IMG/VR virus record: IMGVR_UViG_3300019874_000003
DNA length: 64,000 bases
Strand: one strand, 5' to 3'
Origin: an uncultured virus (IMG/VR IMGVR_UViG_3300019874_000003)
Lineage: Duplodnaviria > Heunggongvirae > Uroviricota > Caudoviricetes
The position numbers and the translations under genes were made by a program. Positions within the stretch are counted from its first letter, which is position 1; each line of letters starts with the position of its first letter. Under the pieces are notes generated by a model, which saw nothing but the letters and a program-made list of their open reading frames with translations, ran no database searches and had not been told where the DNA came from. Shown here in pieces: positions 58,087 to 64,000 of the stretch.

Positions 58087-58791
58087 ATGTCAGTTCGGCT
58101 GCCCATGCTCATGACCACCAAGGAGGCCGAGGCGATCGCTGGCGCCTTGGGACACCCCAGCAAGATGCCGGGGTTCTCCTACGGCATCAGCGCCCAGAAG
58201 TGCCAGACCGGCGCCAAGCTGCGCGGCGTCGCCGGGTCCGTGTGCTCGGGCTGCTACGCCATGACCGACTGGTACCGTAGTTGGAGGCCGCTACTCCAGG
58301 GCCATGAGCGCCGCTGGAACGGGCTGCGCCACCCCAGGTGGGTGGACGCCATGGTCTCGATGGTAACCCGCGCATGCCAGCCGCCTGACAATTACTTCCG
58401 GTGGCACGACTCGGGCGATCTGCAGGGCCTGTGGCACCTTGAGAACATCGTCGCCGTATGTGAGCGCACGCCCGAGGTGAAACACTGGCTGCCGACGCGC
58501 GAATACGCCTTCGTGGAGGGGTTTCTTGCCAGCGGCAAGACGCCACCCGAGAACCTCGTGATCCGGCTATCGGCCCACATGATCGACTCCGAGCCGGTGG
58601 TACCCGCCGCACTGGTCGGCATGCCGACGTCGGCGGTCGCGAGCGTGCCGTTCAGCTCGAGTGGCGTACGGGTGGTGGAGGGTAAGGGATCGATCGAATG
58701 TCGTGCGGTAGAGAGCCGCGACAACAAGTGTGGCGACTGCCGAGCGTGCTGGGATGCACGCGTCGTGTGCGTCACGTACCCGCAGCACTGA
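58087..58791 (+). CDS. Phage gp88-like (radical-SAM-related) protein
   Basis: SKMPG...C..G...SVCSGCYA, YFRWHDSGD, HWLPTRE, NLVIRLS, CGDCRACWD, YPQH. Confidence 0.85.
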   Translation: MSVRLPMLMTTKEAEAIAGALGHPSKMPGFSYGISAQKCQTGAKLRGVAGSVCSGCYAMTDWYRSWRPLLQGHERRWNGLRHPRWVDAMVSMVTRACQPPDNYFRWHDSGDLQGLWHLENIVAVCERTPEVKHWLPTREYAFVEGFLASGKTPPENLVIRLSAHMIDSEPVVPAALVGMPTSAVASVPFSSSGVRVVEGKGSIECRAVESRDNKCGDCRACWDARVVCVTYPQH

Positions 58792-58802
58792 AGGAGATAG
58801 CA

Positions 58803-59234
58803 ATGAAGGTCTACGTAGCGAGTTCGTGGCGCAATGAGCATAAGCAGCAGCTCATGGTTCAGGTATTGAGGGCAGCTGGCCATGAAGTGTACGACTTCCG
58901 GAACCCAGGGCCCGGAAACTCCGGGTTCTCGTGGAAGTCGATGTCAGGGCCGTGGGAGTTGCAGGATGGGGCGCGGTTTCGTAGCCATGTGCTTCAGCAC
59001 CCGGTCGCACAGGCAGCATTCGCGCTCGATATGGCGGCGCTCCGAGCCGCTGACGCCACGGTGCTGGTGCTCCCATGCGGTCGCTCGGCTCATCTCGAAC
59101 TCGGTTATGCGACCGGGGCCGGTCAGCGCACTATCGTGTTCCTGGACGAACCGATCTCCGAGCCCGAGCTCATGTACCTCATGAACACGAAGATCTGCAT
59201 CTACATTGGCGAGGTCGTCGACGCGCTGATGTGA
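58803..59234 (+). CDS. Nucleoside 2-deoxyribosyltransferase-like protein
   Basis: KVYVASSWRN...GHEVYDF...DMAALRAAD..VLVLPCGRSAHLELGYA. Confidence 0.8.
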   Translation: MKVYVASSWRNEHKQQLMVQVLRAAGHEVYDFRNPGPGNSGFSWKSMSGPWELQDGARFRSHVLQHPVAQAAFALDMAALRAADATVLVLPCGRSAHLELGYATGAGQRTIVFLDEPISEPELMYLMNTKICIYIGEVVDALM

Positions 59235-59316
59235 CAGGCAACGTCTAGTCTCGGCTCGAGATGCCGAGCGATCACGGCAGCCCGGCGCGTCGATGCCGGG
59301 ACAGCGTCATCCTGAT

Positions 59317-59658
59317 CTACGGCTGGACGGGACTGGCGCTCACGAATCGGATCTCGGACGCATCGGGCGCGGGATCCGTGGCGAACGGGATCGCTAGCTT
59401 GGTGTTGCTCGGCGGATCGGTATTGAGCACGACGGTGCCGCCGCCCGCAGCCGCGCCTGGCGAGAGGATGACGGCTCGCGGATTGGTCGGATGCACGACG
59501 CAAGTACCCTTGCCGGGTTGGTTGTTGCTCTCGATGACGAGCGCTGGCGGCCCGGCGGGGTTGGAGAGGGTGCCATTGGGGAGGAACACGTCGACGTTGA
59601 TCTGGATGGAGGGGCCGCCGACTTGGAGGTGCTGTAGCTCGGTGTTTGTGATGGGCAT
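59317..59658 (-). CDS. Small beta-rich hypothetical protein
   Basis: MPITNTELQ...; Pro/Asn/Val-rich. Confidence 0.45.
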   Translation of the reverse strand: MPITNTELQHLQVGGPSIQINVDVFLPNGTLSNPAGPPALVIESNNQPGKGTCVVHPTNPRAVILSPGAAAGGGTVVLNTDPPSNTKLAIPFATDPAPDASEIRFVSASPVQP

Positions 59659-60158
59659 GGTTCGGCTGTATAGCATTGCGATGTGACATAGCTGACACCC
59701 GAGATCTTCACGCGCTCAAGTGATCGTCAGACCGGACAGGTACGAAATGGGTATGTATCGCGCGTCCGCCGCTCAGGCTGAGGTGACACTGTCCATCGAG
59801 GTCGTCTGCCATCACTGCCAGCGTCCACGGGAGCGCTCCGACCGCGCGCTGGTCGACGTATTCTTGGTCATGGATCCAGGCATCGACGGCGTGCCATGGA
59901 TGCTGTGCGGAAGATGCTGGTTAGCCTACCTGAAGTTTGAGGGCAACCTGGCTGCGATCGGTGGCAGGGTGCTCGAGTTGCCAGTGGCTACGACGATCGA
60001 GATCGCGAAGCCCGCCCCCGGGCCTTCCGCGAGGCCCCCTACGCCGTAGAGGTGGCTCTAGACCTTGAACTAGAGAGATGATGGCACGTCGTTCGCCATC
60101 AGCGCGGCGCCCTTGAACTTACCGCCCGGATGGGGGTACCCTAGTGACACGGAGAACC

Positions 60159-60773
60159 ATGGCCCGATCCAAGATGCATCGGCGATACGTCAAGAGCAAC
60201 CCGGGGCCCAAGAGCAACCCGCCGTTGTTCACCGAGCTCCTGGAGTTCGCCGGCCCTGGTTTCGGCGCCTTTGCGGCAACCAGACTGGGGACGCGCATCG
60301 CAGCCACGCAGGTTGAGAAGTGGAAGCCCTCCTGGGGGAAGCACGCCGGCGCCGTCGCGTCGGTCTCGGCGTTCCTGGCGGCCTGGTTCCTTGGTCACCG
60401 GGTGAAGTTCCTCGCGAAGTACCACACGCCGATCACAGTGGGGGCGGGGATTGCGATGGCGCAGTCGCTGATTCAGCTCTACATCCCTCAACTCGGCTGG
60501 ATGGTCGCGGATGCCACGCCCGAGCTCGCGGCGACCGCGGCAAGCAACCTGACCTCGGATGCGACCATGCTGACGGCGAGCAGCGACCTGCAGCCGACGG
60601 ACGATGACCCCAACGAGTTCACGTACAACGACCAGTTCGATGCCGGCCGGTTCAGCAAGATCAACCAGTCCCCAGGGCAGAGCCCGCCGTTCGTCGCGCC
60701 GCACGACAGCGCAGATGTTGCGATCGACGATGCAATCGGACAGAGCGCCAACCTGGGCGTGTTCTCGAACTGA
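60159..60773 (+). CDS. Membrane protein paralogous to the membrane domain of the Arg-rich core protein
   Basis: KSNP x2 leader; AFAATRL...AKY...GAGIAMAQSLIQ aligns with AFYGTRL...AKH...GSGIALAESLIQ. Confidence 0.7.
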   Translation: MARSKMHRRYVKSNPGPKSNPPLFTELLEFAGPGFGAFAATRLGTRIAATQVEKWKPSWGKHAGAVASVSAFLAAWFLGHRVKFLAKYHTPITVGAGIAMAQSLIQLYIPQLGWMVADATPELAATAASNLTSDATMLTASSDLQPTDDDPNEFTYNDQFDAGRFSKINQSPGQSPPFVAPHDSADVAIDDAIGQSANLGVFSN

Positions 60774-60775
60774 CC

Positions 60776-61285
60776 GTGCAGGCCCCGGAGGCACTGTTCC
60801 ACGGCTCAAAGGCTCGACTCGAGGTCGGCGCCGCGCTTCACGCGCGCCGTACACCGAACGGAACCTTCGGGAAGGGTCTAGAGACGTTTGTCGAGTCGCT
60901 GCGACCGCCAAAGTGCTCGTCGCGGCTCGAGTCGTTCTACATGGTGGATGACCCTAGGTTGATCCGTGTAGCCGGTGGGGTGCAGAACTTCATCTACCGC
61001 CTCGAGCCGTTCGGCATGTTCTCGAAGCATAATCAGGGCTGGTTGAGTCGGATCTACGACGCGCTGATCTATCACTTCATCGGTCGCGAGGTGCTCAGCG
61101 GGGACGAGCTTCATGGTCGCCTGCGTGCAGCGGAGGCGTGGGCATGGAAGTACTGGGACGGGTCGCCGTGTCCGGATCTGCGCCCGCCCAATGTGGAAGT
61201 GTGGGAGTATCTGGCATCGGACGTGCTCGTCGTGGCATGCGAATACAACGGCGAGTGGTGGTCCGCGGACATCGAAGAGGAGTGA
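60776..61285 (+). CDS. Possible ADP-ribosyltransferase (Arr-like N-terminus)
   Basis: LFHGSKARLEVG...FYM...FIYRLEP.G...EYL. Confidence 0.45.
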   Translation: MQAPEALFHGSKARLEVGAALHARRTPNGTFGKGLETFVESLRPPKCSSRLESFYMVDDPRLIRVAGGVQNFIYRLEPFGMFSKHNQGWLSRIYDALIYHFIGREVLSGDELHGRLRAAEAWAWKYWDGSPCPDLRPPNVEVWEYLASDVLVVACEYNGEWWSADIEEE

Positions 61286-61287
61286 CT

Positions 61288-61626
61288 ATGTCATACCACC
61301 AGAAGCAACGCGCTCTTGTGATCCGCCGCCCGCGGTCAATGGGGTCGATCGTGAGCCAGCCGACGAGTCAGCCGGTGTCGCGGCTTGCGGTCCAGCTTGG
61401 CTCGCTGGGTGACGACGCCGCCCCGGGAACCACGCTGTCGGATCCGACGATCGCGGACCCGACGTCAGTGTGGCAAGACAACGTGCTCGCCCAGCTCGCG
61501 GCTGGCGTGAAGACGCTGCAGATGGCCGAGATGCAGAAGTGGCTCCAGATCGCAGCCACGCTCTCGATCCCGCTGGCGGCGGCGGTGTGGAAAATGATCT
61601 TCAAGCGCGGTGCTGATATCACGTAG
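61288..61626 (+). CDS. Tail-anchored membrane protein (MxY family)
   Basis: MSYHQKQRALVIRRPRSMGS...LGSLGDD...; TM plus basic tail. Confidence 0.7.
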   Translation: MSYHQKQRALVIRRPRSMGSIVSQPTSQPVSRLAVQLGSLGDDAAPGTTLSDPTIADPTSVWQDNVLAQLAAGVKTLQMAEMQKWLQIAATLSIPLAAAVWKMIFKRGADIT

Positions 61627-61681
61627 CGTGCGTGGATACCGGGGTGTAGGAATAGGCGTCTCCTGTGATACGGTTGCCGCC

Positions 61682-62761
61682 ATGCCGCCGACGAAGCCCA
61701 GAATGCCAGGATCTCAGGTCGCGCCCAACGAGAGGCCGCAGCAGCATGCGAACCGCCGCACGGCGACGACGCACAGCCGGGTGCCGCTTGCGCAGGCGAC
61801 CGCTGGCCGCACGTATCGAGTTCGCGACAAGGGATGGGTCAAGGTGTGGGGAGAAGGGTTGACCTGGGATGACGCGGTGAAGCTCAAGAATGGGGTGGTG
61901 GGTTCGAAGAAAAGTCGGACAGCCCGCGTCGAGGATGAGGCGATCCCGCCGCCCGCAGGATACGTGGCGGCGCCGCAGCCGAGCGCTGATGCGCTGGCGA
62001 TCACGAGCGCCGTGGTCGCGGCTGGAGCACCGGCCGAGTACACGTACACGACGATACGCCAGGACGACGGTCAGTTCGCCGGTCTCGTTCAGGAGTTCCG
62101 CTCGTTGTCCTGGCTGGCCGATACCAAGGCGGAGGCGCTCGAGGGAATCAGGATGCTCGTCACGGATACCCTCGACGAGATGGACAAGGCTGGAGAGGTT
62201 CCGCCGCCTCCCGCAGGCACGGGCGATAACGCGAGGCCGTCCCTCGAGCTCGCCAACGATCAGTTGGTGATCGTCCCGGTGAGCGGAGTGATCCGCAAGA
62301 TCCCAGCGGGCCACGAGCTCGTGGTCAACGGATTCACCCAGCCGGTCCCGGTAAGCGTCACGCAGGGCGACTCGGTGCAGGCTCGACCAGTGGACCCGGT
62401 CATCATCGCAGCGCGCGCATCTGCGAATGCGGCGGTCCGCCAGGTGCTGCAGCAGCGCCGTATCTATCGCGACGTCACCGCGACGCCGCCGGCCAAGCCG
62501 AACCCGAACCCGCCCAAGGATCCCACGGTGTCCAAGGGCGGCGTGTACATCCGTCTGGGAGCTCCGGCGCAGCCCGTGACAAAGCCCCCGGCATCCCCGC
62601 TCAAGGTCGCCACCTTGCAGGATGGCGAGGCCTTGGGCGACGATGCGCTCACGGATGACGACCTGCCTGACCTCGCTGGTGATATCGGCGGCGGCGCCTC
62701 GGATGCCGACCTCGAGCACGCGAGCAAGGTGCGCGAGGCCGAGGCCGCGAAGCGCGGGTAA
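61682..62761 (+). CDS. Mosaic protein containing a HicB-like N-terminal domain
   Basis: YTYTTIRQDDGQFAGLVQEFRSLSWLADTKAEALEGIRMLVTDTL...GEVPP at ~62038-62212. Confidence 0.6.
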   Translation: MPPTKPRMPGSQVAPNERPQQHANRRTATTHSRVPLAQATAGRTYRVRDKGWVKVWGEGLTWDDAVKLKNGVVGSKKSRTARVEDEAIPPPAGYVAAPQPSADALAITSAVVAAGAPAEYTYTTIRQDDGQFAGLVQEFRSLSWLADTKAEALEGIRMLVTDTLDEMDKAGEVPPPPAGTGDNARPSLELANDQLVIVPVSGVIRKIPAGHELVVNGFTQPVPVSVTQGDSVQARPVDPVIIAARASANAAVRQVLQQRRIYRDVTATPPAKPNPNPPKDPTVSKGGVYIRLGAPAQPVTKPPASPLKVATLQDGEALGDDALTDDDLPDLAGDIGGGASDADLEHASKVREAEAAKRG

Positions 62762-62763
62762 CC

Positions 62764-62906
62764 GTTCGGGATTGCGGTCGGCTCGGAATCGACTGGCCTA
62801 TGACCCCACCTAGGATAGTGGGGCGTCCCGACCCGTTTAGTGCCAGCCCAGAGGAATCTGAGACATGCTTCCGAGCCGGCAAATGGGATTGCACCCAATC
62901 CGGAAC
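62764..62906 (+). ncRNA. Putative multi-stem structured RNA (intergenic)
   Basis: Nested stems 62764-74/62896-906, 62777-88/62869-80, 62793-97/62842-46 and 62804-09/62818-23, plus a CAGA-GGAA-TCTG GNRA hairpin. Confidence 0.5.
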
Positions 62907-62925
62907 CAGTAGTACCCTGCTTGGC

Positions 62926-63285
62926 ATGGCATTCACAGGCACCCCCGTCGTCACGCAGATCTCGGACAGCATCGTCCGCATCACCGGGTTGTCGCTGGCG
63001 GCGGCCGCCGTCGGCACGATCGGACTCACGGGTGCCACAGGCACCGCGCCCGGCGTCACGCTCCCGGAGTCGTTCAAGACCCTGCACTACACGTACGCTG
63101 GAGCGAGCGTTCCATTCCAGGACTGCATCGACGTCTCGGTGGGATTCTCGACGGTGGTCGGCCAGACCCCGCCGATCGCGGTGGTCAAGACGGGGACCAC
63201 CGTCGCCGACTTCCGGGCGACGCTGACCAACGGATTCGCGTCGGTCTCATCCGGGCTCGAGATCTACGTCAAGTTCCACAACTAG
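62926..63285 (+). CDS. Small beta-sandwich putative virion protein, insertion-free paralog of 4121-5113
   Basis: MAFTGT...SD.IVRITGLSLA..AVGTIGL...LEIYVKFH. Confidence 0.75.
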   Translation: MAFTGTPVVTQISDSIVRITGLSLAAAAVGTIGLTGATGTAPGVTLPESFKTLHYTYAGASVPFQDCIDVSVGFSTVVGQTPPIAVVKTGTTVADFRATLTNGFASVSSGLEIYVKFHN

Positions 63286-63863
63286 GCGGCAACAGCCCGG
63301 CGTAGCCGGGACCGTGACACCGTAGAACTACGCAGCCTGAGCGGTGACCATACGAATGCGCTCCCATGCCAAAACCGGGTCCGCGCTCGCCCAGAACGCG
63401 AGTGCCGACCGCGTGGCACCAATGCCGGCGACCTCGAGAACGCCACGGGCCGCCGCCGCCAGAAGCTCCATGGCGTAGACGATGGGCGCTGCGTTGACGC
63501 CGAACGGTACCGGCAACGTGCGCAGGCCGCTTGACCATGACTGCTCATGCCGCGCGAGGTCTGCACATGCGCGCTGCATCACATCCGGGCCGCACCGGTC
63601 CGCGACCAGGCGGACAACGCCAAGCAGGCACCGCGCCGCGCCACGTGCGGTGACGGCATCCGGCGGCGACACATCCACTGCGAGCGCCATGGAGCGGAGG
63701 TCGTCGATGTTGTTCTTCCAGTGCGCGATCGTGGGCATCTCAGGTCTCCTTCTGGGGGTTCCTCGCAAGATGGAGGCGCGGCTGCGCCATGTCAAGTCAT
63801 AACTTGCCACTGTCAAGTCGGCCGCAGCCGACGACCGCACGTCCTGGTGATTGGGGTACCAGG

Positions 63864-64000
63864 CTACCGTCGAAGCCTGCCGAACACGGACGACGCGAGG
63901 CCGATGCCGTCCACGCCGGATGTAATCACGCCGACCAGATGGCCGTTGTCGTCGTAGAGCGCGGCGCCGGAGTTGCCGGGTACAGTGCGGATGTCCAGCG
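63864..64000 (-). CDS. C-terminal part of a trypsin-like serine protease (runs off the right edge)
   Basis: Own translation LDIRTVPGNSGAALYDDNGHLVGVITSG... contains the GNSG catalytic motif. Confidence 0.75.
   Translation of the reverse strand, partial: LDIRTVPGNSGAALYDDNGHLVGVITSGVDGIGLASSVFGRLRR

Overview
The whole 64-kb window looks viral. It is GC-rich, and I recognise no cellular housekeeping, rRNA or tRNA genes. I also see no terminase, portal, HK97 capsid or tail genes. The best reading (inference from motifs, not a database search) is part of an unusually large tailless, internal-membrane dsDNA virus or provirus of a high-GC bacterium, possibly Myxococcota. Positions 1-28.4 kb (mostly minus strand) hold a sugar-modification cluster and a morphogenesis operon: two adjacent ~200-aa beta-rich putative single-jelly-roll capsid proteins, an Arg-rich core/membrane protein, a repeat spike, an M23 peptidase, a transglutaminase-like Cys protease and many small tail-anchored membrane proteins. 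From 28.7 kb onward (mostly plus strand) are small early genes, a hammerhead ribozyme, a beta-helix protein and a frameshifted dual-frame C5 methyltransferase with a nested HNH nuclease. This part also has a ParB-like protein, lysis genes, a tyrosine recombinase, a kinase, a phosphatase, a replication initiator containing DnaA boxes, an adenine MTase, gp88- and NDT-like genes and further virion paralogs. The most striking signal is a candidate virion protein sorting/maturation code. About 14 proteins start M-x-Y, most followed by a basic/Pro stretch, an [LM]G motif and a C-terminal membrane anchor. A second set of proteins carries (R/K)-x-N-P motifs at domain boundaries. Start codons were adjusted by eye; many short hypothetical ORFs are not listed.
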